A model generated the notes under the pieces. That model worked only from the letters and a program-made list of their open reading frames with translations. It was not told the DNA's origin and ran no database searches. DNA of 63,492 nucleotides, the filler included, from Vannella sp. (taxonomy: Eukaryota): assembly GCA_023345925.1 (NCBI GenBank). It is 9 parts of 9 records of this genome, joined end to end, with 100 filler letters (N's around TTAATTAATTAA, not from the genome) between each part and the next. Parts side by side here need not be neighbours in the genome. Positions count along the whole stretch, not along the records: positions 21,093 to 28,078 come from JAJQQN010000036.1; positions 28,179 to 36,057 come from JAJQQN010001048.1; 7 more parts are not named here. The stretch is one strand, 5' to 3'. Positions 23,978 to 35,073 of the stretch are shown here, piece after piece (position 1 is the first letter of the stretch; every line of letters starts with the position of its first letter). The translations under genes and the position numbers were made by a program.

Positions 23978-24961
23978 TTAGTGGGTCTTCTTCTTGCTTG
24001 TAAGAAAACTTTCCCACCAAGAAGGACGAAGGGAGTGCAAGTCTTGAGATGGAACAGAGTCCCTTTGTTGTGGGTGAGAAGATGTCTACAACCCACCCGC
24101 TCACTTACAACCGCCAAAGGCACACCCCGACGTAGTACACTGTTAACATCGTGAAGAGGACGACAGACATGCTGAATTTGAGCCACCACCACATGGAATC
24201 CGTCTGTCTCTTTGGTGGCAAGTAAGGAACTCGTTTCCCTGAAGAGGGGCACATTACCTGAGTTGGATCCCCCCATTGGGCCTCGATGTCGTTCTCTTTT
24301 GAACAGTAGAAGCGATTACAGTATGTGTTTTGAAGCTGATCAGCCATCTTCACTCCAAGGGGAGCCTGGTGATCGAAGCAGGTGTGGATAAGCGCATAGC
24401 ATTCAAGTCTGATCTGTTGCATCTTCCTTTCAGAGCACAAAGAACTTGATCGCTCGTGGTTGAACCGATCCCTTGTTGAAGGGCAATCCAATATATCACA
24501 GTAATCTGCAGTGCAAACTTTCCCTTGCTGGTGAAAGGTCAGAACCTCAAACTCCACCATGCGCAATGTGACCCACACTGTCTTTGAGTAGAGTCTCATG
24601 GCGAATGACTGCGTGTTCGTAGGCTCCTTCTTTGGTTCTGGACATGGACGAGCACAACCTGCACCTGAACTTACTTCGCTTTGGAGAGAAACTCTCTTCC
24701 ACCTCCTTGAAGAGGTAGCGATCAGGGTGGAAAGGACAATCCTCAAGGATCTGAACTCCTTCTCCTTCGTTCTCAATGATCTCAAAGAAGTTCTCGGTAA
24801 CCGTGAGCGACACCACCCACAACAACTCTCTGAGTGCTCACCTCCAAGGCTTCTTGGGCCTCTAAGGATTGAGAGACGCCACAGTCACTATAAGCTTGTA
24901 CCACAACTAGCAAGCAGCAGACGCAAAGGTTCGCCATGAGGAGCGGAACACGCGGTCTCAT
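23978..24961 (-). CDS. Signal peptide + C2H2 zinc finger + Cys-rich luminal domain + C-terminal TM (4 exons)
   Basis: CPFHPDRYLF, FRCRLCSS..HAVIRH, CTADYCDILDC, CYALIHTCF and a TM segment; TCATTC upstream of the ATG. Confidence 0.72.
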
Positions 24962-25058
24962 GGTGGAGAGGAATGAACAAAACTAACAGACGTTTATCGA
25001 TGTACCGGCATTGGGAATACTCTGCATAACAAAATGAGCTTCCCAGAGGTTGACAAAA

Positions 25059-25681
25059 TTAACAGGGGATGACAGTGTCGGGGGAGAAGGTCTTCTTCTT
25101 GCCAAGCTTTCCGCGCTTCATGTCTCGTAGGCCATACTGCAGAGTTCGATTGATCTCATAGCATTTGCGACACATTGTGCTTGGGCGTCCAGTGTTTCTG
25201 ATAACGAGGTACTCGAGGCATTGGGTTGATCGAAGGATTGGCGAGCCATCAGCGTCGTCCTCTATTGCGATCACACTGCCGTCCTTGGCTTGGACCTGTT
25301 TGCCCCATCTCCAACGAGCAAAGCTGATTTTGTCACTAATAATGTGTGAGCAAAGAGGTCCGCGAATGATGAGAAAATGTGAGCTTACCTGCGTGTGATG
25401 CCTTTGCAGAGGGAAGTCTTCTTGGAGCTCATCTTAGGGGAAGACATTTTTTTGATGGTTTTCTGAGGGCCGTAGGAGGAGAAGGGAGAACCGATCTGGA
25501 TGATGGTCTCGTCAAAGTCGCTGTCTGGGGAGTACTCTGAGCTGTGATCGATCTTGTCCAGTTCCTCAGAGGCAACTGCCTTTAGAAATTGGAAGAGTTC
25601 TGGTCGCTCTTGAACTGGCTCGATTTGAGGCTGAACGAGGAAGGGGAGAAGGTAGCCGAGGGTAACGAAAGATTTGAACAT
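25059..25681 (-). CDS. Hypothetical small protein, 2 exons
   Basis: Two ORFs linked by a GTAAGC..CAG intron; C-terminal C..CxxC motif; no family recognised. Confidence 0.45.
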
Positions 25682-26074
25682 GTTGCACTAATAGAACTGA
25701 CGTAGAGGGGATCAAAAAAGACTCGTGTTGTTGAAAACAGGGGAAGAAGCCGGAGAAAGGAGGACCTTTCTGTGCAACGGGGGAAGAAAAAAGGAAGCTT
25801 TTGCAGAAATCTTGGGGAACGCCCAAAGTTCTTGCTTTGCCAACCAATCGATATTAAATGGCGTATTCTTCATGGTGTCATTTTAAAAAGTGAGAGACTG
25901 TCTATTATAATTAGGTTACTTTTTGTTCCAAGCCTCCCGACGAGCATAATAGGTGCTCGAGGCCCACACTAGCACATTGCCACTGGGAGACACATCGACT
26001 AGCGCACCAAAAGCGCTCTGGAACGACTCGATCGAGTCACTCAGAGTGTGTTCGTGTACAAAGCTCCCTTGGCC

Positions 26075-28078
26075 CTACTCGTGAGGGGCGTGGTGGTGAA
26101 GGGGCGAGAAACGGTGACCCAAGGCTTGCCAGACATCCACGAAACGCGTGGGCGGACCCTCCGTCACGCGCACTAGCCACTGAGCTTGTTCGATGCGATA
26201 GCGAAGATCGTCGTCGGCAGGGGTGGTCAGTGTTGGGTGTGCGATCTCGTAGTAGTGAGGGGGTAAGCGACCCACAGTAGGGAAGAGGTGCGGGGATGGG
26301 ACTGTGGAGATCGACAGGAGCGATCCAAGTTTGGAATGCAGATTTCCTGGGAAGCAGACCAAACGCTCTTTCCCTGCAAACTCAAAGTCCACAATGCGCA
26401 CTTGCACTTTTGTTGGCGTCTCGCGTTTTACCATCAGATTGGGAAGACGCAAGTCGCCATGGACATAACCAGCATAGTGGAGGGCAGAGATGGCAGAAAC
26501 GAGGGTGGAAGCAACCGAGTTTGCCTCTTCCTTGGAGAAGTCAGCGTCCTTCTTCAGCTCCTCGAACCCTTCCAGAAGCTCCATGGCCACGAGATATTCT
26601 CCCTTGAATGAACGATGTCCGAGGAGTTTTGGAGCGAGACCGAGTCTCGCCAAAAGTTGATGTGATTCCACGCAGTACCGATCGGAAGCCTTTAAAAAGA
26701 CCTTCTCGCTTCTGTTTGGTTGGCAAGTAAACACTGTCTTGCCCTCCACAAGGGGCAGGGCAGAAAGAAGATCCAGTTTCAGATCCGAGAACGGTTTGTC
26801 TTGGTCATAGTCTGGATAGATGATCGAACGGTCCACCGTAGACACTGTGGTTTCCTTCAGGAAGTTTAGGACGCGGAAAAGGCCAATGATGTCCTCCGAA
26901 GTTTTAGTGTCGAGCATGCAAAGAGTGGCGACTTGGACAAGTCCATTCCGGCGGATGCCCATGTTGATGAACAGAAAATTGCTCACCAGGTAAATAATCA
27001 GCATCTCCCTGAGTTTCTTATCCGTCCGAACATCCGTAATACGACGAATGTGGTCTGACGAAGCGAGAGCGTTGATGTAGAATGCAGCACTTTGGACCTT
27101 CGCGTCGGAACTAGCTTTAAATCCCAGTTTGATTTCGAACCCAGCGATCAAAACGTCGCCCACATACATGCCCAGGTTATCCCTAACCTTGGATTTCGAG
27201 TTCGGATTCCCAGGCGTCAAATGAAACCCGATCTCCTCCAAGTGATCCGCAAGAACCTTGTTCAGAGCTGGCTCGTTCCCATGATGATCACATTGATTCA
27301 CAATCGCAAAGTATCGGTCACATTGGGCGAGAGTGACCTGAGGTTTGGCAAGCTCGCGCTCTGTAAGGGGAAGAAGAATCCTTCGGGTTTCAAAGCGCAG
27401 GAACTTGCCACAAATCAGCGCCGTAGGAACTTGAATCACGGTAGTTGGCCATCGATACACAAGTGTTGTGGGTAATCCAGAAACTCGTTGGTCCTTGCCA
27501 TTTCAGAGGCGCCTTGGGCCAATGCCAGGAGCTTTCTTCGCGGGACAGGTTGGCCAACTCTTTGCTTCGAAGGGCAGAGAAGGTTTGGATGTTTCCGAGT
27601 CAGCACCGAAACAGTTCAGCAGAAGACTGAGTTTAGGGCCGCCTTCTTCCTCAAAGGCCAGGAGGTTCTCCCGACCTTGCTCAAGCTGGACTTCCAGTTG
27701 AGAGACTAATCTCTCTTCGAAGATTTGCGCTGCCGATAGGACAAAGCTCCTCAACGCAGCAATGTCTAGCTTTTCAAACTCTTCAATCTCTGTTTGGAGG
27801 AGCTTTTCTGTGTCAGAGTGGAGCTGCTCTTCTTCCTCGAAGGCTGTCTGTCTGTTTTGTAGATTCAGAATCTGTTGTTGAGTCTTTTCCACTCCAAGGC
27901 GGGCTTCTTCTTTCTTCTGCTGTGCCTCGCTGACGGCTGATTTCCGGCTTTCCTGTTTCTCCTCAAATTGCTGCAACCGCGCAATGACTGGCTTCTCCAT
28001 GGACTCCTCCTCCACACGAAGGAGCGCTGAAAAATCCAGGTCTGGAGCGGGGAAGTCCTCGTCGCCTCCTCCTCCCTG
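26075..28078 (-). CDS. Crinkler/RHS-type coiled coil + REase-like + protein kinase, interrupted by an in-frame TGA at 27503-27505 (possible pseudogene; 5' truncated)
   Basis: GFEIKLG..DAKVQSAAFY (PD-(D/E)xK-like), VFLK, HQLLARLGLAPKLLG, VAMELL, GYVHGDLRLPNLMV and IVDFEFAG; ORFs 27503..28015 and 26075..27460 share a frame with a single TGA between them. Confidence 0.7.
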
Positions 28079-28178
28079 NNNNNNNNNNNNNNNNNNNNNN
28101 NNNNNNNNNNNNNNNNNNNNNNTTAATTAATTAANNNNNNNNNNNNNNNNNNNNNNNNNNNNNNNNNNNNNNNNNNNN
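28079..28178. other. Artificial contig linker
   Basis: N44-TTAATTAATTAA-N44. Confidence 0.98.
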
Positions 28179-29599
28179 ATGGCGCTGGCAAGGGGAAAGC
28201 GAGTGTGGCGCGCGGTGGTGGAGGGGTGGAAGGAGGTTGATACTGATGTTCGAGGAGATACGGGAAACTTCCGTTTTGAAGTCTCACACCGCTCAAGGAA
28301 GCCGGGAAGTCGTGCTCGAGTGGGAAAGGTGGTTACTCCTCATGGATCATTCCTCACGCCTGGCTTTGTCCCCGTTGGTACCAACGCTTCCATGAAGTGT
28401 ATCTCTACGGAGACAATGGACAATATCTACCGCTCTGTAGGGGCCTCCTCGCTCATGTTCTGCAACACGTACCACTTGATGCTCCACCCCGGCTCCGATC
28501 TGGTCAAGCAAGGTGTGATCAGAAGCCCATTTCCTTCCTTTAGATACTGATCATCACTGGGAACTAGCTGGAGGCCTCCACAAGTTCATGAACCACCGTT
28601 ATCCTCTGATAACGGACAGTGGAGGCTTTCAAGTATTCTCGCTTGCTTACGGCTCTGTCCACCGGGAAGTGACAACAGGACAGCCTCTAGAAGCTCAAGA
28701 AGAAGCAGGAGTCAAGAAACGGCGCTCCTTTGCCTCTGGAAGCTCCGTACTGAAAGTGAGATTGTCCATTCGGACACTTCAAGCGGACTGACGCTCTCAG
28801 ATTAACGAGAATGGAGTCCTGTTTCGCTCTTATCGTGATGGATCCAAGTTCTTGCTCACGCCAGAGACTTCTGTTCAAGCACAGAAAGGTCTGGGAGCTG
28901 ATATCATCATCCCGTTTGATGAGCTTCCTCCCTTCCATATGGACTTTGCCAAGCTGGAAGCCTCTCTTGACAGGACTCACCGTTGGCAGAGGCGGTCTTT
29001 GGATGAGCATTTAAAGAACCGTCAAGGCCAAGCCATGTACGGGATTGTCCACGGGGGAATGGAAGAGGACTTGAGAGCCGAGTCTTCCGAGTTTGTCAAT
29101 GCAAATGAGTTTGATGGCACTGCCATTGGCGGGAGTCTTGGCAAGAACCGTGCAGATGTCAAACGCATTACTGAATTCGTTATGAACCGAGTCAATCCAG
29201 AGAGACCTGTTCACCTTCTTGGCATCGGTGACTTAGAGTCGATTGAAAGCTGCATTCCTTTCGGAGTAGATACCTTCGATTCGGCCTATCCTACTCGCTG
29301 TGGCCGCCATGGAATGCTCTTCTCAAGGTGAATTCCTGCATCCATTCTCTGATTCACACTCACCCTGATGAAGCGAGGGGCCCGTGAAGATAAGCCAACG
29401 GAAGTGGTTCTCGCACATGGAATCTCTGGACTCCACTTGCCCCTGTTCTCTGTGCCGGAACCACACCATGTCCTATTTGCATCACTTGTACAAGGCAAAC
29501 GAACCCACTTTTTCAGTTCTTGCAACAGAGCATAATGTCACTTATTACATGCGCCGGATGAAGCAGCTTCGGCAAGCGATTCTTGACAATCAGATCTAA
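28179..29599 (+). CDS. tgt: Queuine tRNA-ribosyltransferase, chlamydial-like subtype (4 exons)
   Basis: [86 protein letters not shown] and Zn site CPCSLC..HN; three GT-AG introns. Confidence 0.93.
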
Positions 29600-29621
29600 T
29601 TCTTCTGCTAGCAATCCCTGC

Positions 29622-30744
29622 CTAGTTGTCTTCTTCTTGAACTACCTCTGCTTCAATGGCTTGCTGACAAGGCCACTCATTATCGTCCCCAAAGTGTTGA
29701 ATAGCTCGCAAATAGAACTCTTCCGTCGCATCGACAACAATGTTCTTCCAAGCTCCTCTTCCATCCTCAGAGGCATATATCCTAAGAGACCATTCCCCTC
29801 TTCTGCTGTGAGAAGGAAGACCCTTTTCTGTGAGCAACATACCTTGGCAGTGGCTCGGTCACTCCAGCTATGGCCTCTGCGATTGAGTTGTATTTGAGAG
29901 TAACTGCAGATTTCCACATTGTCTTATCAGCTAGCCTTCCGTGTTGTTCCAGTTGCCACCAAATCTCGGGAGTCCCCTGACTAACCGGAGCTTCTTCATC
30001 CTCTGTTTTGCCGTTCCAAAGCTCCGGGAAGTACTCCAGAAGGTCTTTACAGGTGCAAAGTTCCTTGTCAAAAGGAACATCAGTTACTCTGAACTCTTGG
30101 GACCACTTGACAGGCCTGCACGGGTGAATGTCTGAAGAGAGAAGGGAATGAGTTCGCATTGCAGAATTCTGTGCCGTACAACCTTGCTCAAACTTGTGAA
30201 TTGAGGTAGCTAGATGGGTTTCTGATGTCCCTATCTTCTGCTGGAACACGGAATCTCTGCCTTCACGCGAACTCATCTTGCAATCGAGCGAAGAAGTGTT
30301 CAATTGATGGCCCCACACGTATCTCCGCAGTCGGAGTGCGTGCTTTCGGCCACAATTAGATATCTTTCCTAAGTGGTACTGCTCTCGGACGTCTTCTTGA
30401 GACGCAGACCAAGAGAACGGGAACATTCCTTCAGAAAGCTCCTTCATCTTGTGAAGGAAGCGTTTCGCTTGTGCTTTCCGATCCTCCCAATCAAAAGAGC
30501 GTAGCTTGACTTGGTACTCCTTCGTATGGACCATAACACCGCTCGTGTGCTCCCATTCATCAGCGAAAGGCCCACCTGCAAGGCGCTCTCTCGATTCCTC
30601 TCTCCCTTGCTCATCAGAAGAGGAGGAGACTGTACTGTTACCCCACCACTGTTGGCTGCTTCCTAAAGACACCCAAGTAGCAACGAAGCAAGTTGTAATG
30701 AGCCCAACTACAGCAAGAACCCCAACTCCAGCCAAACGCCGCAT
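29622..30744 (-). CDS. Type II membrane or secreted protein of unknown function (2 exons)
   Basis: MRRLAGVGVLAVVGLITTCFVATW signal-anchor; long open frame; GTATGT..CAG intron near the 3' end. Confidence 0.6.
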
Positions 30745-30785
30745 TCGGGGGGAGAATAGGAGAGAAGTGCGTTTATAGAGAGCCT

Positions 30786-31037
30786 TTAGATGTACCAAAT
30801 CAGCTTGAACTCTTCGTACGACGCTCCTAAGGCGAATCCAAGACAAGAACCGACAGCCGCCCAACGATAAGGGACGGGGTAGCGAAAGAGAGCCGCATAG
30901 GCCGCTCCAGACAGGGCCAGACCTGCTCCCACTCGCTTCACTGAGTTCATACCCCACAGCTCCCCTCTTTGGATCAGTTTCATGTCATGAACGCTCACGT
31001 GATGTCCCGCGGGCTCCTCCTTCTCGTGCTTCGTCAT
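30786..31037 (-). CDS. MIC10: MICOS complex subunit Mic10-like
   Basis: 83 aa; W..SVKRVGAGLALSG..LFRYP..RWAAVGSCLGFALGASY gives two Gly-rich TM segments around a basic loop. Confidence 0.65.
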   Translation of the reverse strand: MTKHEKEEPAGHHVSVHDMKLIQRGELWGMNSVKRVGAGLALSGAAYAALFRYPVPYRWAAVGSCLGFALGASYEEFKLIWYI

Positions 31038-31230
31038 CAAATGCTCAAACCCCTCAATGACCGATAAAAATGATAGAATCATATAAAAATCAGTTTAGAC
31101 TTACTCCCGGCTGAATTTGAAGACTCAGCAAGAAGAGTCTCCCACAAGTTTGAGGATTCTCCTCAACAGCGGCCGGTTGTGACCTTCGTCGCTCTTTGCT
31201 GCTTCGTGGCATCATTGGAAGCTTCTGTCT

Positions 31231-31962
31231 TCATAGTGCTGGCCCCTTGGAGGGTTGCTGGTGCTTCTCTGCGTGCTTGTGGATGAGTTCGAGCCTCCTT
31301 TGCTTCTCGTCCAGGCGGCGCTGTTTGATGTCTGCTTTGTTGGACCGGTTGGTTGAAGTCTCTTCGGAAAGCTTGAGGATGGCGTCCACCCGAGAGCGGC
31401 GAGCGTCCTCGTAAGCTCTGCCTCCGGGAGTGTACTTGTCCAGGGCATCTCGGGAGTACTGGATGCCTTTGGGCTCTACACTCTCTGTGTACTTGGCGAG
31501 GAAGTGGAGATTCTCCTTCGCTATCTCTTCCTGTTCGCCCCTGGCTGGTCCCTCCTCCCATCTCTTTCTTTCAAAGTCCACTAGACAGTCCTCTTGAGCG
31601 TATGGATCTCCCTCTTCATCGTAGTTTGCTACGTCAGTCTTCCATTGCTCTGCGTACTGCCGGGCCTTCTCCTTTAGTCGGACTTCTCGCTCCTCGTAAG
31701 AGGGTTCTTCCTCCAACTTCCACTGTTCAAGATCTCGATGGCTACGATCATCCACTCCACGGTTCCTCCGTTTCGGATCGCCTTGATACAAGTCGTCCAC
31801 TTGGTCCTCCGTGCGCCTCCTTTTCGTCACCCTCTTCGTAAAGCTCTGGTCCCCAGGCAGGTACCTCTTCAAGTCCTGCTCCCGCTTGTACAACACCGCT
31901 TTCAAATCAACCAAAGACGCATTCGACACGCCAGTAATGTCCTCCCCCTTCTTCCGCAGCAT
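31231..31962 (-). CDS. CCDC174: CCDC174-like (DUF4078) coiled-coil protein
   Basis: VSNASLVDLKAVLYKREQ, NRGVDDR..RD, LKEKARQY and CLVDFERK. Confidence 0.78.
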   Translation of the reverse strand: MLRKKGEDITGVSNASLVDLKAVLYKREQDLKRYLPGDQSFTKRVTKRRRTEDQVDDLYQGDPKRRNRGVDDRSHRDLEQWKLEEEPSYEEREVRLKEKARQYAEQWKTDVANYDEEGDPYAQEDCLVDFERKRWEEGPARGEQEEIAKENLHFLAKYTESVEPKGIQYSRDALDKYTPGGRAYEDARRSRVDAILKLSEETSTNRSNKADIKQRRLDEKQRRLELIHKHAEKHQQPSKGPAL

Positions 31963-32081
31963 CGTAGACAACAATGCGCATTTCCCCTCCCAAACAGAGG
32001 TGAAATGCGCATTTCCCCTCCCTTTTTCTTTGTTTGAAAGTCCTCTTCCAAGCTTTTTCGTTGGGTTATATTCATTATTTA

Positions 32082-32342
32082 ATGGCGGAAGCGGTGAAGA
32101 CGGCGTTGCAATATCGGGTTTTGTACAAGTATCTGATCAGTGCTGCGGATGCGCTTTACACCAACCCAGCTGCTTGTAGCTTTGTGAAGGATGAGATTAG
32201 GAAAGAGTTCCGCGCTACTCGGCACCTCTACAACCCCAGAATGGTTCGGCGGCAGTTCGAGAGAGGGAACATGGCGCTGTTCACCATGATGAACCTTCTA
32301 AAGAAGCAGCCAGGTTATGAGCATCTGCAGTTCAAAGAGTAA
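32082..32342 (+). CDS. Small LYR-motif-like mitochondrial protein
   Basis: VLYKYLISAA..VKDEIRKEFRA pattern; TCATT upstream of the ATG. Confidence 0.55.
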   Translation: MAEAVKTALQYRVLYKYLISAADALYTNPAACSFVKDEIRKEFRATRHLYNPRMVRRQFERGNMALFTMMNLLKKQPGYEHLQFKE

Positions 32343-32525
32343 TCCATCAAGACACCTTCCAGCACAAGGATTGAGAGAAAAGAAGAGTTGCCAACATCTC
32401 TTCGTCAACACAGTGCCTTCCAGCGCGCCAATACAACTGCTTGTGATAGACAGGTATTCCTTTGTTCTTTGCTCCAAAGGGAGAGGTTTGGGGGCAGGGA
32501 AGGGACGCTGGAGGAGCATTTCTTG

Positions 32526-35067
32526 ATGTCCTCGTTCCGGTTGCTAGTGGACCGGGTGTTACCATGTGCTTTGGAGCTGGCTCGTTGGTGCCCTACGATG
32601 GACTTGCTTGTCTATAGCAACGAGAAGGGAGAGCTGTTCGTTCAGCGCGCAGGCTCGGGAGATTCGTGGGCTCGTCTTCTTCAACTGAACGGATCTTCCG
32701 AAGAGAAGCCAACTGCGGCACGCTGGCGAGTTCCAGATGGTATGTGACTATGATTATTCGCGAAAGCGACTTACAAAGGGCCAAGGGAGGGCTATAGCCT
32801 GCGGCTATGCGGACGGGAAGATCAGCCTCTTTGATGTGGAGAGTGGAATGGAGCTCTTCTGCGTGAAGGAGCACACTGCTCCTATTACCTTTATGGAGTG
32901 GTCTGCTGTACCAGTTGGGTCGGAAGGGCTGGGCAATGCTCTGCCGCATCAACGTTTCTTTCATGATCGCTCTCAACTTCTTCCCAAGCGCTCCACTGAG
33001 ATCCTTGAGCAGTCAGAAGAAGGGTCATCGACTGTAGCAGACTTTCAGATCATCTCAGAGTCTACACGAGGATCACTCACCGTTCTATGTGGAGTCTCTC
33101 ATAACAAAGTCACCCTTTCGTACGTTCTGACGGACAGGTAGACCTGTTTCTCACACAATTCATTAGTGCTTTTGGTAACTTCAATATTGGACAACTCACT
33201 GCAGGGGAAGGAGCACTGAGCAAGTGTCCCGTAAGGGAATGCGAAAAAGTGTATTCTTGGAACTCACTTTGGACAGATGGAGAGCATTGAAAGTGCCTTC
33301 CTCTCTCATGATTTGGGGCGTTTGATAGTTTTCGGCAAAAGAGAAGCCCAGTCGATCGTTGCATGGATGGATACCAGCGTTTTAGCCGCCAGAAAAGAGG
33401 AAATAGCGGCCATTGCAAACGAATCCTTCCATGTCTCCATGCTCTTGCAACAGCTTAGAGTATTTGGAACGAAGATGGTCGAGGAATGGCGAGCAATCAG
33501 TGATTCTGTACTGAGCAAACAGGATTCTTACCAAAAGCTTCTTCACGGTGAGCTGCTCAAAGGCAATGGACACTCATATTCATATGAAATAGCGGATGGA
33601 TCAAAGAGTTCACTACAAGCTGACTTGGTCATGCTTCTATCTGTAGGAAAGACTTCGCCCTCATTGGAACGCTTCTTTTGTGGAGACCTTAAGTCCTCCG
33701 TATGTTGCTCGAGATGATCAGTAGAGGGGGCCAATCTGATTCTATCAACACAGATTCTACTTCGTTTTGCTAGATTGGTCGATTCTTCTTGTTCTAATCT
33801 CCAAGGACTGTGCCTTGACCATTTGAATCCCGCTCTCGAAGCGCTTTTATTCCGTCTGGGAGAGCTCTTGGGACTCTCAAAATGGTAAGTTCTTTTCAAG
33901 GCCACTTTTGGCTGACAGAGAGGCAGTGAACAATTCAGTTCCATTGGTCTAAAGGAAGACCTCGTTTCCCAATGCATTGAAATGGCCGGGAAGACTCTGA
34001 TTCTCTCACACGGCTTGTTACAGTCCGTTGTTGAGTATCGCGGGGAGCAGCAAAACTTCTTCCAATGGATCACCAGAGGTAAGGGAGGGCCTTTCTTCTA
34101 GCTTGTTAACATGTGAATATCAGTTCACTCTTTACTTCAAAGTGACGAGAAATCTCCTGCATGGAAGCCACTGAACAGTGTCATTGTAAAGGAAGATCTC
34201 GTCTGTGACTTCCTCGATAAGAATATGAGCAGCCATTCCGTGGAAGATACTTTGTTTGGGAATTCTTCTCAGTCGCTTCTTCTGGCTCTTGGTAGAATTG
34301 AGTCTTTGTGCCAATCTCTGTTCTCTCTTCCGTCTCATCAGTGCTCGAGCTCCTTTTCATCAGTTGGCTGGATCGCTTGCCCGTAAGTTTGTGACTCTGA
34401 CCTTTTCTTGACAGTCAACTTACCAGTTTCAAAGTGAGAGTAAGCTTCCTGCTTCGTTTTTGAAACACTCTTTTGCAGATGGCTCTGGACATTCGCAAGT
34501 TATTGCCTTTTCTCCCGAAGCTGGACCAAGTAAGTGGTGCCTTGCTCTGTCAGCGACATTAATAGTCGGCCAATTAAGATCGTGTTAATCTGCTGAGATT
34601 TACCGAGCTCGGTGTCGATTCGGCTTCCATTTTGGTCGGCGGTTCGATTATTCACATGACAAGCTACTCCTCTCCTCAATTGGCCATCGTCTTGTCTAAC
34701 CAGGGTCCCGAAGCAGGTTCGTAGTGATCCTTTATGTACGTAGCGTCTCATCAATTGTGAAGACTCTGCTCTTGTTCTCTGCAGTTTGGAAGATATTGAA
34801 TGGAGCCAAATCGAGTTGGGAGACAGATTCAGCGAATCTCATGCAACTGAAGTGGTTGAGTGTCGCGATCGGATTCTTATGACCTGTCCTAGCCTTCTTG
34901 CTGTCAGCCAAGGTCGGGGAGTTGGATGCGTTAGCTTCTCAAGCGGTCAAATCCTCATTTTCGACTTGGAGGATGACGAAACCAACGAAGGCGAAGAGCT
35001 TCTCTCAGATGAAGAAGAAGAAGAAGAAGAAGAAGAAGAAGAAGAAGAAGAGGGAGGTCAAATGTAA
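32526..35067 (+). CDS. ANAPC4: Anaphase-promoting complex subunit 4 (about 10 introns, acidic C-terminal tail)
   Basis: WCPTMDLL, WRVPDG-RAIACGYADGKISLFDVESG, LLFRLGELLGLSKW, NFFQWI, LAVSQGRGVGCV and IFDLEDDE. Confidence 0.88.
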
Positions 35068-35073
35068 TCTTCT

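Noticed and set aside
27503..27505. TGA reassigned to Trp or selenocysteine
   Set aside because: TGA ends ordinary genes here (RCC1 copies 1 and 2, MMAB, ADAT2); no other in-frame TGA was seen in conserved genes, the site is not catalytic and I recognised no SECIS
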